This document shows positions 28,298 through 41,796 of a DNA stretch of 64,000 bases, one piece after another; position 1 is the first letter of the stretch, and the number at the start of each line of letters is the position of its first letter. The translations under genes and the position numbers were made by a program. The stretch comes from Bugula neritina (Eukaryota; Animalia; Bryozoa): assembly GCA_964035545.1 (NCBI GenBank), contig OZ037768.1, positions 8,836,741 to 8,900,740 on the forward strand, written 5' to 3'. The notes beneath the pieces were generated by a model that made no database searches, was not told the DNA's origin, and worked only from the letters and a program-made list of their open reading frames with translations.

Positions 28298-31193
28298 CAA
28301 GTAGGCCTACACACATGCACACACGTACCACATGTGCATGCATAGTGCATACACAATTGTAATTACCTATCGGCCTACAGTAAACCACTATTTATGTTAA
28401 ATAATGCTCATGTGACGTAGGAGATAGGACACATTAAAGCTAAAACTGTGATTTCAACACATAAATGTTGCATGTGATTTCAACATCACTATTGATGTTT
28501 CAAATCATTGACAACTGTTAACAACTACAAGATTGATGGGTCAAATATTATAAATTTATGATAATATTATTTCAAAACCCTGTATCAATACAGTAAAAGT
28601 TCAGTAAAATTATGGGTTTTTTTAGATATCAAGTATGGAATCTGCATACAGCCTGATAACCTTTTGAATATCCTGATAACCATTTAGTGTTTACATCAAC
28701 TTGTTGGTATATTTTCTCTTGTGTGATTGCAAATTAATAGAATCTACTGACATAATATTTTGAACACATAATTATTCTTCTAAAGGTCATGACATCTGTT
28801 CAAACTACAACACACCCAATAGCGAATCAAGCTATATCAAGCATCAAGTTCATATTTTGTGCCATATTTGAGTCAATTTCACTCATCAATAAGTGCTATC
28901 CATTTAATATTGCAAATTTTCAAATGCATTTGAACCAAAATTTATGTTAATTTAGATCAAAACTGTGCCAATCGATGAGTGATTGAAAAAGAATATTGAA
29001 ATCTGCCAATGTAACCAAAGCCTTTTTTTAAAAAACTTATGATATTTGCCTATAAATTCCAATAACAGCAGTGCAGGCCAACAGCATTTTATGCTTTTTA
29101 TAGATGCAATAAAAGCTTCAAAAATACTGCTGGTTTTTAAATCATAAGTCAGTTTTTTAATCTACCAGTGTGGAACTAAGTTCAAGATACCACATCAACA
29201 TCAAATTTAATTATCAAAAGATAGGTTTTGTTCCATAACTATTTATAATATTCTAAGACGATGATAGAAAGTAAGGCTTTAATAATATTATGATATTACC
29301 ATATATGAGAAACTCTGGGCCAGATCAGCATAATAATATTGTATTCACCTACTCACAATGAGCAATTATTTGGGTAATGACAGTACTGCCTGTTCTGATT
29401 TGAACTTTGAATTTCGAGGCTAAAGGCTTCTGTATATTTCTAAAATATTATAAGTCTAAATTACAAAAATTCTTAAATTGTACCTCAATTTATTGTAACT
29501 AATTACATTACCATGTATATATTATGTATTCAATGTGCTCTCTTTGCAACACTTTATTGAAAACCTTGGATATACATCCATTTTCCGGCAAACTTATCAG
29601 CAGATATTTTAGTTTGTACCAAACTTTGCATTTTAATTGTTTCTACATGTGATTTAATGTCTTGTTAGTTGACGTATCATTTACTGATTTTATATGTGGA
29701 TTGCTTTAATGGTGTTTTATATCACTTTCAACTGTGAGTTTAGTATCAGTGAGGAAAAAGGAAGTTCAGAATTTAGCTTGGTTAACTATGACATGTTGTT
29801 AAACAGTAGCTTGAACTAGACCATTGGAATAAACATTTTAAAACGAAACTGTAACCTCTTATCATAAAACACTGCAACAGGCTTGGTGTCTGCAAACTGT
29901 TTACATGATCAAATAAGCTAGTGGTACTTAGAAACTTTTTATGTGACATAGGTCATCTTATTGCTAGGGCTGTATTTCAAGTAGGCAGTTTCATTCTATG
30001 AAAACCTCCCTGATTTCCTTGCACAAAGACTCTCCAGATACTTGGTAAGCTACTTGTATAAAAACCAGAACATGTCATAAATTATTATGCTAAGCTATCA
30101 TTATTGTTCAAAAGTATACAACATTAATATTGAATTTCTATTGTATGTACTAAGCAATTATATAAATAAATTAAATTGTGCAGTATATAATATTTTTAAA
30201 TTTGAAATAATGCTGGCTAAGAAGTAAGTTTTGACTATACCTTTGCTGTCATTGGCTAAATAAGGATACAACCTATTAACCAAAAACATAGCGTAAATAC
30301 TTGTGATATTATATGCACTCATGTTGAGCAGGAGTCATGCTTTGGCTGCTTAACACATTAGGCAGGTCATATAAAAATGTTTAGCCGCTGCATTATGCAA
30401 ATCTTCCAATTATCAAGCAATTATTAATTTTGTAATGTGGCTTCAAGTTTTCAGGGGTGAGAGATTAAGATATTTAAACTTGCAATTCACTATTGCAATA
30501 AGTTTTTAGGAAGCTAAAATTTAAAGTTAATTGGTAAGCTTTTTATTTTGTAAAAGCATGAACCAGCACAAACTCATAAAGATGATAAAAATTTCAACTG
30601 CTGCACTTTTTGTACAGCATAACCTTCCACTACCAACAACTCTATGAATGAGTATTCAGAGCTTTAATAAAAAGTATATTATATCTTCTCAGCTGTTACA
30701 AAGTTAAGCAGCAAAAATTCAACATTATATAGTTTTATGTTTAATTTTAACAGAGCAATACACAGTTAATGCAGTCGTGTTACTAACATATAGTTGGGTT
30801 TTATGCTGCAAAAGGTTTAGGACACACTTTGTAGTTCTGCTTGTTATTTTTGGTTGGAATTATAGCACGGTAGTTAAAAAAGCTTAAGCCTGTGGTGGCA
30901 TATTTCAATTTGTATTGCCAAGACTACATCGCATATATTATATCCACCTGTACAACTGGCATGAGCCAACAGCCTTAAAGTTATATTTGATATACAGTGT
31001 AACCGCCAGTTAGCATACTGGTAAATAAAGATCTTATTACCTTTAGTGGTAGTAAATGAGCAGAGCATTAAATGCAGATTAAAAAAATTGCAGACTGTTG
31101 CTGGAAACAAGTTTTAGCTCTTGCAAATAAACAAAAAAAAGGTTTTTGATTTACATTGCAACACTGAACATCTTTTTATAGTATAAAACTTTT

Positions 31194-31268
31194 GCCCCAA
31201 ATGGGGTTCGAACCCAAAACCTCCAGCTTGCAAGCAATCGGGCTATACCATATTACACCACTGGGACC
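31194..31268 (-). mobile_element. tRNA-like (Ala-TGC-like loop) pseudogene or SINE head
   Basis: Reverse strand reads GGTCCCAGTGGTGTAATATGG...CTTGCAA...GGGTTCGAACCCC, giving A and B boxes; acceptor and anticodon stems pair poorly, so probably not a functional tRNA. Confidence 0.6.
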
Positions 31269-31633
31269 ACTGGGTAAACTCAACATTACATTAAATATAG
31301 AAAGTAAAATGGCAGCAGCTAGCTAGCACATGCTGAAGAAGATAAATTTAAGAAATATTTTGAAACAACTTTCCAAGGAGTTAATTTATAGTTGGGAGAA
31401 TCATCATGTAATTCTTCTAAATTCAAACAAACGTTTTTTTTTATATTTGCTTTTTATTATAGATATTACCTTTCTAAATTCTATTTTTACAAATAAAAGG
31501 TAAATTCATAACAATAGAAGATAAAAACCTGCATGTTCAGCATCAACATTCTATATAATATAAGTGAGTTAAGTTTAAAAATTAGCAATTTTAAATTTTC
31601 AACCACCACCCCTTTCTAGCCTTCAAGCTTATT

Positions 31634-34600
31634 TAGTCTAGAAGTAACCTCCCAAAAAGTGCTCAAAAAATTGGCTTATTACACTTTACTAAATGGCCAC
31701 TCAAAAAAAGTTGTTTTTAGATCAGAATTTTGTGCTGATTCTGAATCTACAAACTCTAGAATTCTATCTCTACCCAAACTCAAGATATTGCAAAAAACAA
31801 ATCGGCATTTGTGAATTGTGCAAAATAGTATCCAATTTTATCAAGCTATCTTGAAGAAAAAATATTTGCTGAAATACCAAAAATAATTGCCTCTTACTTA
31901 GAATTCTATGCTGATATTGAATTTAAAGACTGCAAGACGCTATCTCAAATTAAAACCAAGTTGTTTATATAAACATATGTGTTTGTTATGAATCGACATA
32001 TATTGCATGAGGCATAAGCATGCAGAATAATCATGTATGACCAAGCTATTTATACAAAAATAAAAACAAAGTCATGCTGATGTGTGAAAAAACTATATTT
32101 ATAAAATTATAGTACAAAATAAATGTTGAAATGAATAAATATTGAAATCTTTTGAGCTTAGCCTAAGTGAACCATTTGCTATATAGTCTGTGGGTAGCCG
32201 TTAAACGTCTGCAAAAATCAACAAGATTTTGTAAAATTATTTAGAAGAACAGAAGCATGAGAGATTATCAAAATCAAATTGGTTGCAGCAAAATATATAA
32301 CAAATGTCTAAAAATAGTGCTTTATTATGAAAAAGTATTCTCGTCACCATTGTCACTGCCATCAGTCTCATCAGCTTCTCCTTCCCCAATATAGCCCTTC
32401 TTTTCAGACAATCCTTACATTGACGAACATCAGTGTATGCACTGCATTTGAGATTTTTGACATCCACATCTTGATATGTTCAGCTGGTCTTACAGGAGCA
32501 GTTTAAACTTTGCAATATATATGTTCAGGTACGGAAGCTTGAATAATCCACTTTATATTTATGTTGCCATGATTCTCAACAATCTTTTCATAATGTTCTG
32601 GGGGTAGTGCATCAATATAGGCTGTTGTCACTCTTCTCCAAATGGCTGCCTGATAATTTGCTCTTTTTACATGCAAATTTATTTCATCTTTTGTTGGAGG
32701 CAAACTCTATTAAGTTATTTTAGACGGTGAACGAAATACAGTGTATCAGACATTATCTATATATGGATTTCCTGCTCCATAAAGCTTATAGACAAATTTT
32801 TCTACTTCAGCCGCTGTAATGGCTTACAGCTTAAAATACTTCCCATGCAAGGTGTTCAAAGTTTCCCATACATTATGGAAATTTTCTCAAAAAAGAGTAG
32901 GCTGTGCGCTATCCTTTTCCATAAAAAGCACTATAGTCGAATAAAAACCTGTTAAAGCATGAACTCTACCAAGTGCTGCACACAACTGCGGTTTGGATTT
33001 ATTTGCTGCAACGTTGACATCCAAATATCTAATATGATTACGGTTTTTATTTTGTTACCATATATATTAATATTACCTATATAACTGATGAATTGATTGC
33101 TAATATGCTAATAGCTATATGTAGCTAATACATAATATATACTAATACTAATACTAATATATAGTAATACATTAATAATAGACACTATCTTTAATGGATA
33201 CTTATTAGCAAAATATATTTTTAAACAACAGATAAGATGTATAAAATAATATACAAAATTATTAAGTTAATGCAAATCAAAGGAATTTATTTACGTGCTA
33301 AATAACAAGCAATTGATCCAAGTTTATTTAAATATACATATATTTCAATAATATCAAAATAAGTTGCACATGAAAATACATTTTACCAAAATAAATAACT
33401 AGCGCCTAAGTAGGAAATTTAGTCTAGCCTCTATCTGGCATGACACCATGATTACCACACCAGTGAAAAAAAATAATTGGCAAGAAGGTAATGTTTTGCA
33501 AATAGCGAGACTTAGGATGAAAAATTGAGATTTGATTATTACACGTGATATTATGATGTTCATAAGATATTTTGCATGTAACAAAGTTTGGTATCTGCTT
33601 CCTCATGATCTAATTGTAAGCATTTGAGTTGTGCTTCTTTAGGAATTCCACCATGTTTAGTAAAATTGTAGCGAACGCAATTTTTTTTGGTATGCATCAA
33701 CTATAATAACAATATTGTTCTCTAAAATATTTTTACTCCATGTTTCACACAAAAATGCACCAGTCTCAAACTCAGCTTATTTTATTTGCTGATAAAAAAT
33801 TATTATTTTTGTAACAAATGGCACACATGAAAAAAGTACATGCCTATGATCTTTGAATGAGGCAGCCCAAGATCATTTTTCTAATGGGTGGTCTAAATAC
33901 AACCATATATATTAAACATTATAGGAAAGCTTTAGGGTATTTCTTCTGTAACTATAACTGAGATAAATTGGCTCTATAGTCATTATATCAAGATAGTATA
34001 AAAATATGCATTTTAACCAATAGCATTGTTTTAAAAACCAAATTGCTTATGTATATATATATATAGTTCAGCCTAAATTTATTAGCAAAGCTCAATTGTA
34101 CACATTTAAAATATTATCTTCCGGAGTCCAGATCAACCAGCTCATGCTTCTCATTACTTATTTTGTAAAAGTAGTTATTATATAATAAAAATGGCGAAGA
34201 AAATCATTATCAGACACAGTTTTACTTATAATTCGCCTTTTTTATAGCTGATCAATAATAATGTTTGCCTTATAACTGATAAACCCATTCCTTTGCTTGT
34301 TTTCGTCCAAATAATCCATTTTTTTCAGATTTTTTTCACAAGAAAATCACTACAAATAAACTCAGAGAAGTGAAAAACACATCTATGATTATCTGCAAAA
34401 GTTTTTGCTTGTATATATAATAAACTAGCTTCAATAATTTCAAGATAATATTTAATGGATTTAGACAAAGTTGTGGGGAAACAACTCCTGTAACATTTAA
34501 AAGAGTTTTTGTGACTAACCAGGTGAACAGAAAAATTTAGAGTTTTTATAAAAGAAAAGTGAAAAAAGTATCTATAATTATTAGCAAATTTATTTTGCTT

Positions 34601-34845
34601 ATATAAAATAAATTAGCTTGAATAATTCCAAAATATTTAGCCGATTCACAAAAACGTTAAGAGAAAACAACTCCTGATTAATTTTAAAAGTTTGAAGCGC
34701 TTTTGTGGCTAACTGGGTGCACAGAACTGTCTAGAGTTTTCACAGATTAATTAGGACCCTTCAAACTTTCTATTTCTAAAAAAATTGCGTGGCCACCCCT
34801 CGAAGTGTAATGAGTGAAAGATAATTGGAGGTTACTTCTAGACTA
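31634..34845 (-). mobile_element. Decayed, internally deleted Academ-type (XPG + Cys-finger) DNA transposon
   Basis: Perfect 19-bp TIR TAGTCTAGAAGTAACCTCC (31634-31652) and its reverse complement (34827-34845); ATT on both flanks (31631-31633, 34846-34848) as a 3-bp TSD; shared subterminal ATTACACTT..TGGCCAC; minus-strand coding remnants inside. Confidence 0.8.
32380..33045 (-). pseudogene. Frameshifted C-terminal remnant of the transposon protein (XPG/H3TH-like segment plus Cys-rich finger)
   Basis: Fragments read YLDVN...LCAALGRVHALTG..ST/SAFYGKG*, VEKFVYKLYG, LPPTKDEINLHVKRANYQAAIW, NCSCKT..RCGCQK..C..C; multiple stops and frameshifts. Confidence 0.75.
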
Positions 34846-36151
34846 ATTGGGTAGATTTGCTGTATAGCTATCATTTAAAGTGCCAGTAAGACTTTGTAAT
34901 GGATCTTCAATACCTTTGTATGATTATAAAGACAAAGTGCAGCTGCTTCTCAACTTATCAACTGCGTGGGGCCTATATGCTTTTTATCAGTACACTGAAC
35001 ATGGTTCAGCAAACATAAACACCCCATAAAGTACAAACAACTTCAAAGATAAAACATTGAACATGGGCTAGTTTAGCAGTCTGTATAACATTTAGAACAG
35101 GAAGATAAGAATTCTGGCACACATATCAGCATTTATAACTCATAAGGGTTTGCCGAGTTTGCATATTTACACTGACTTTGTCAAATCTATACTTACAAAA
35201 GCTTACAGGTAACCCATAATTATCGTTAGGACACTGGTGTGTGTGTATCTGGTGCAGTTTGTTTTGAAGCTGCCTGGGCATGGATGGTCCTCCTTGGCAG
35301 TTTGGGTGGGTTGACAGCCTCGCTTGGCTGGACCATTGGCTATTTGCACCTGTTATGATGGTCAGCATCGTGCTGACACACCACTACCCCAGTGTCAAAA
35401 CAAGAATAATTTAGCCTTAATTTACCAACCATAAGTGTTGAAAGCTATGTATGTTTTTATATTTTATAAAACATTTTATAAAATATAGCTAGTTAACATT
35501 AACGAAGATTAGTTAAAAACTCAAACATAATTAAAGACATCACCGGGTAATCATTTAATAATGCAATATTCTTTGTAATTTTTTTGTAATTTGTACTTTT
35601 TGTTATAATTTTGAGATTTATGATTGAACTTAATATTTTTATATAATAATTCAAGTTGGCACTTTTGTTTGCTGCTATTAGTTGGCAATTGATCTTATAT
35701 ATTAATATTTACCTTTATATAGTAATATCTCACATTTTTATTTACTGAACCTAAACCTGAACGTCTGACATGAAATAATACAGATTCAGTTAGAATCTAA
35801 GAATGGTCATTAGTCAGAGAATTGGGAAAAATTATCTACAAACTTTTTGAAGGGTTTTCCAGCAGTTACATAATTAGAAGGTGTATAATTTAAAATCTAT
35901 AGCACAGTATTATTACAATGGGCTAAAATGGATCCTGTCTAACCAATCAACAAACACTGCATATGCAAATGCATGCTTGCTATTCAGTAGACAAAGATCA
36001 GATGCTAAGTTATAACTAATTGTAATTACAGTTATTATAGGGACATGCAGCAGCTCTCTAATGTATGACTGCTTGTTGGCAGCTACCTCAATTTCATTTT
36101 TCAAGTTATGTTTCTGCACATTATTATTGGTACACATTGTTGCAGATCATT

Positions 36152-38815
36152 ATGGCTCAAAGAACATCCCAGATCGTAAACAATTTGGTTGAGCAAATAG
36201 CATTTGAGTGCTCTGTATGCCAGGAATCTATGAATGTAGAATTGAGGCTTTACCCATGTCTCCATTACAACTGTACGAATTGCATCCGTGAGTTGTCATT
36301 TTATTAAACAGCTCAACTCTCTGAAAAAAAAACTTTTGTAGAAGTACTTGCAGATGTACAGGTGAAGGTACTTGTACATTTATAGGTTCATGTTTACTTT
36401 TTATACAAAATAAACATTTCCGTCAGGCAAATAACTCACAGATGAATCCCTATAATTGGATTGTGATTCTTAGTATGTTTTGAACTTGCATAACAACTAA
36501 TTGTACCACATTTTAGAGCAGCTATTACAAGCCTCAACACTAGATGAAGGGACGTTTTCATGCCCCGAGTGCAGAGCAATAGTGCTAGTTCCTCCTGAGG
36601 GACTCCCCCTGCATAGAGATGCTCAACGTGTCAATGAGCAGCTCAAAAATGCTCAAAGACGACCAAGAAGACAGACAAGTCACCCTCAACAACAAGCAGG
36701 TATATAGTTGGGAATAAAATTAATCTATATTGTTCTATTTTAAGTATACATTTTTTTATATATCGCAGAAAGGCGCTATAAACTTATACTTGCATTTTGT
36801 TGTTTACAAAATTTCATCAAAAGTTGTTGTAAATTATGTATACAACTGGGGTTATAAGCCACTATATAATTATGTTTCCACACATTTTTATCAAACTTAT
36901 ATATTACATTGCACATGTTATAGTAGTTTAAATACGTTTTTAATATTTTTGTATCGACAATTTTTTTTCTTATAGAAAATGCTGATCAACCTCAGGAAAA
37001 TGCTGAGTTAGCGACGTACGTTAACATGGTTGAGAATGACAAAAGATGTGACATAGAATGTCATCAATCTTGTCAGAGCTGTGGAACAAAACTTCTTGAA
37101 ATGACTAAGAAGACATTTTGCAATATTGGAGGAGCACAGTGTGCCAACCAAAAGAATAGAGCACAATATCTTCTCCTTCCTTGCTGGTAAATAATCACAA
37201 TCACATTTGCATTATTGAGTAGATAGAAATGGAAGATATACTCAAACAAATTAACAAATATTTTGAATAATTAGCAAAATATATAAAATTAAATAGCTGT
37301 TTCAATCAATGTTGGAGAAAATTTAAAAATAGTATATGTTTAGTGAGAATCTTATTAAGTCATATTATTTATTCGCTATATCATAAAATTGACCTTGATG
37401 AAAAATACTTTTTTATTGGATACTCTGTCATTATTAGATAGCCATGTAACTAGCTAGTTAAACTTGCTATAGCTAATATATAAAGTATGACACCCTCTAG
37501 GTTCTAATTCTAGTAGTGCTGCAGATATATTTGTATGAAAGATACATTCTAAGCAATATGTAACTAACATCTATCTCTATGTTGTAGGGTGTTCTGTCTT
37601 TTGGAAGCTACTTACCCGTGTTTAGCAGTTTTTAATCCAGAAAGACGAGTAGGTGGCGAGGTAAAAGATGTGGCTAAACTGAGAACTGATGCTTGGAAAG
37701 CCGTGTTGAAATCACAACACCCAATTTTCCCATACTGGTTTAGAATTACATGGTCTATTTTCATTTTGATCAGTTTTCTCCTGTTCACTGGCATTGATTT
37801 ATATAACATGTTTAAATCTAATAGATTTATTTTCTTTGTTGTGGCTTGTTCTATTGATGGTCTATTGACTATTTTGTGGCTAACATTTGTCATTCTCAAC
37901 TTTACTAAATTTAGACCAGGTGAACCAAATGAAGTGATAAAAGAAGGCAATGGGGTGTCTCATTTTCACATGGAACAAATTCAGCAATTTCTTACAGAGC
38001 TGAGTATTTATCCCCAGTTATGTGTTGCTTCGATAAACCTTTCTCAGTTTACAATTTTTTCTATACTTCCTTTTTCAGTTTCAGCAACAATTCTGTTGAT
38101 TGTATTTGCTTTGAGAATTTTTTCCCTTGTGAAATTGAAGCAGTTGGTAGAGCAGTATTTTGTCAGGCAATTAGTTTCCTTTATTGGAAATTATCTGATT
38201 GTCATCTACTTGATTGTTATGCTGTTACTTCATGGCATGGGTGCTGAAGACCTCTCAGGGTTTGTGTTCTATTCTACAGCTATATCCCTTTCAGTTCTTA
38301 TTACGATTTCCAACACCCTTAATCAGGTCATGTTTTATTTATCACATCTGTATGAAATATCCTTGCAGTCTGGCCAGAACTTGCTCAGGTTAAATGAAGG
38401 TAATGTTCAGCAAGTTTTGCTTACTGGCTCAAAGCTGACCAGATATGAAACTTTTCACAAAAATCTGTACACAATGACTATTCCATCCTACGGCACTGCC
38501 GTGTTTTTTTGGACATTACCTTCATTGGCTGTCTTACTTGTTCTACTATTTATAACAAGTGATTTTGTAGAGTTGCTGGTATTTTGTGGATATTATGCAA
38601 TTCTTCTTGCTGTTAATTACAAAGCTTTTCTTATTTCCTCTTCGGCTTGCTTTACATTCTTTGTTTTATTGGCAATGGTGGGCTGTGTTTGCTTCCTTGC
38701 AATGTTTTTCCTGGCTGTTATTTATGCACCAATAGTTGCTATTGTAGTGATTGCCTGTTTTTGTATAATGGTTTGCAGTAGCAGAGATGACAACAATGAC
38801 AATCAGAGTTACTGA
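36152..38815 (+). CDS. Gene A: RING-HC finger + Cys-rich linker + about 10-TM membrane protein, 585 aa; exons 36152-36287, 36517-36699, 36976-37186, 37588-38815
   Basis: CSVC..CLHYNCTNC..CPECR RING split over exons 1-2; GT-AG introns in phases 1,1,2 give one open frame of 1758 nt; last exon is highly hydrophobic. Confidence 0.85.
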
Positions 38816-40267
38816 ATGCATTCATAATTATTTTTACTTGAGAAATTTGAAGTTATTGAAGCATATGATATAGTTTTTCATCATAATTAGTTTATTCAAT
38901 TCTAAAATAAGCATTGCATGTATGGAGCAAAGTGAACTGCATATTAGTTTAGGTTTGACTGATTGATAAACCAGAAATTATATTTTATGGCATGTAATAA
39001 GCAAACTATAATAATTGTTTTCAATTTTTTTGTAATTTTAAAATAAAATAATTTAAAGTATGAAACAAAGCTGTTTTATGCTGAAACTAAAACAATATTA
39101 TTACGCTGAGCTGTAGAAACTGCATCATATATCCAAAAATTACCTGCTGCTAGTCTACTGTATTGTATACAGGAGTAAAGCTGGTTATAAGTCTTAGCAA
39201 ATAGTGCTAAATGGCTTTAACAGTATATTTAGCAGATTAATGCTGACTGCTAGCTGGCATTTATGTAGAATGCTCTCTGATTGGTTATATTCTTCCGGAT
39301 ATAACTTTATATAGTACTATGTGATTGTAGGAGATTAGTTAGATTCACTAATTAGAATTCAACATTTCCTTTTATTGAATTTAACAGCGTGAAATCTAAA
39401 AGTACACATAATAGTTCTTCAACAGCAAAATATATAGGAGACTAACATTCTTTAATAATGATTATTTGTTCAACAGTAAAAATGTAACACTGAAACACCG
39501 AAGAAACCTCAACGACATGATACATAACTATACAAAATAATGTTTAACAACACAAACAAGCAAACATACCTTTGTAATTCTAACTCGTACAACACAGTAC
39601 TATCTTTATCTAATTTATAAATATTATGATAACCTCTTCCAATCTGTAACCTTTCAATTCAACTGCTGGATGAGGACTGATTATTTTGAGAACTAAGCTA
39701 GTAGTATAATATAATAGCAGCCGAAATAGCTCCCCTCCCCATTCATCAAGGCAGAGGTAGCCCAGGCATGCCATATCATTTATAAAAGCTACAGATGACA
39801 TAAAAATTAATTACAGTATATGTAGTAATGGGGGTACAGGGGAACAATTTATTACTTATTAGATATATCATTTTATTACTAACATACAAAATTAGTAAAC
39901 CTGTTGCCATTTGGCTCAATAGAAAAGTTGTCAGTCAAATCCCCAGGATTGCATTAAACCTCTAAAGAATTATTAGTTCTAAAAAAGTGCACTCGATTGC
40001 CTGAAACTTCAATATATTCTAAATATTCCGAGAAAAGTGTAACAGCAATTCTTCAATAAATAATTTGAAACTAAAGTTTTGATTTAGCAAAAATAATTAT
40101 AAAAGTACTTATAGTTGCAATTCATTTACGTAATAGCTACTGTGTAATCTTGTAAAGCGTGCTAAAGTATAATACATATAAAATAGACAGTCTTCTTGAT
40201 TTTAGAGCAACTGTCAAATTAAAATTTATAGCAATTTAAGCAATATTGCTTCTATTTTTTTAGATAG

Positions 40268-40268
<1 letters not shown>

Positions 40269-40354
<86 letters not shown>
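40269..40354. repeat. (TA)n microsatellite
   Basis: Directly visible. Confidence 0.98.
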
Positions 40355-40357
<3 letters not shown>

Positions 40358-41796
40358 GAGTATATGCTCAGCAATGACAATCAGTGACTAAGCTCTAACA
40401 CATGGTCACAAACTCAAGCTGTCAGCATTTTGAACGGCTCATGACTCCTAGAGTCACTCGAGCTCTAAAATTAACAGCAGAGGTTTTAGGATAGCAATCC
40501 CCTTTTATACTACATAATGCATTATTGGTTCATGTATAGCTCCCTTGTTTTATGAGAGTTGATCTAATAATATTTTGTATTACTTTGCAAGCTGCTTAAT
40601 GTTAGTGAGTAACAAGGAAGCTCTGAGTTAAATCAGGTTAACAATAATTATGCTGGTGAATATTATAAGCTGTAACTAATTGCCATTAAAATAAACAATT
40701 TAAAATGAAATTGCAACCATTTATTATAACTACTTGCTAGGTTACCTGTATAATAACATAATGAGGCATAAACTGTTAGCAGTTAGATTAATTAATCACT
40801 ATTATTGTTTGAAAGTATATATATACAACATTGTTTAATTAAATTAGCAATATTTAACTTCTATTGTATGCTAAGCAATTGTATAAACTAATAGAATTGT
40901 GTGCATTATTTTTAATGAATAAAGATGCTTATAATATATTATTTTTTCAAATTGCAAAAGGCTATAGTGAATGCATTTATATTCAGCAAAATTCATTCTC
41001 CGCCAGCTCAACACATCAAACGGGTCACATAAGAGTCAGCCATTGCACTTCGCAAATCTTCCAATTATCAGGCAAGTATTAATTTTGTAATGTGGCTTTA
41101 TAAGTTTTCGTGCTTTCAAGAAAAACATAGTGTGCATGCTTACTGCCAGCTTGATCATGTTTTAAAACTCCATTGAGTATTCAGAATTTTAATAAAAAGT
41201 ACATAATGCTTTCTCTGCTTTTATAAAATTAAGCAGCAAAAGTTGAATGTAATTTTACGTTAGATTTTTTCAGAATAATACCCAATTAATTTTTAGTTTT
41301 GTTCCTAACATATAATTATTTGAGTTTCACGCTGCTTAACAGCTTCAACCCTATAGCTGCAGTTTTGCTTGTTATTTCATTTCGGAATTAGCACGGTGGC
41401 CACGTTCTACTTGTACTTTCTTCCTTTGAAAATGTTAAATATTATTTGCTGGTGGGCAAAGTTCTAAAAATATAGAGAGCTTTAAATTTAGAGTAGGAAA
41501 ATAAGATTCTTCACACATTTCAACATTTACAAGGGTTTATTGAGTATTGCATATTTACACAGACCTTATTAAACGTGCTTAAAAAAGCTTGCAGTAATAA
41601 CTAGCCATATTACACCACTATAAATTGCTTTGTCTAATGATTTCAACCTGAAATACTCATAATTTCAGATATTCGCATACAACAACTTTTCAAAACCATG
41701 TCTTTGTGTGGACTGCCTAATTAAGTTTCTGTATATTAAGGTATATATAAGGTATCTGCATAATATTATTATTGATACAAATTATTGCAGATCATT

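Noticed and set aside
31194-31268. Functional tRNA-Ala gene
   Set aside because: A and B boxes are present but the acceptor and anticodon stems do not pair properly
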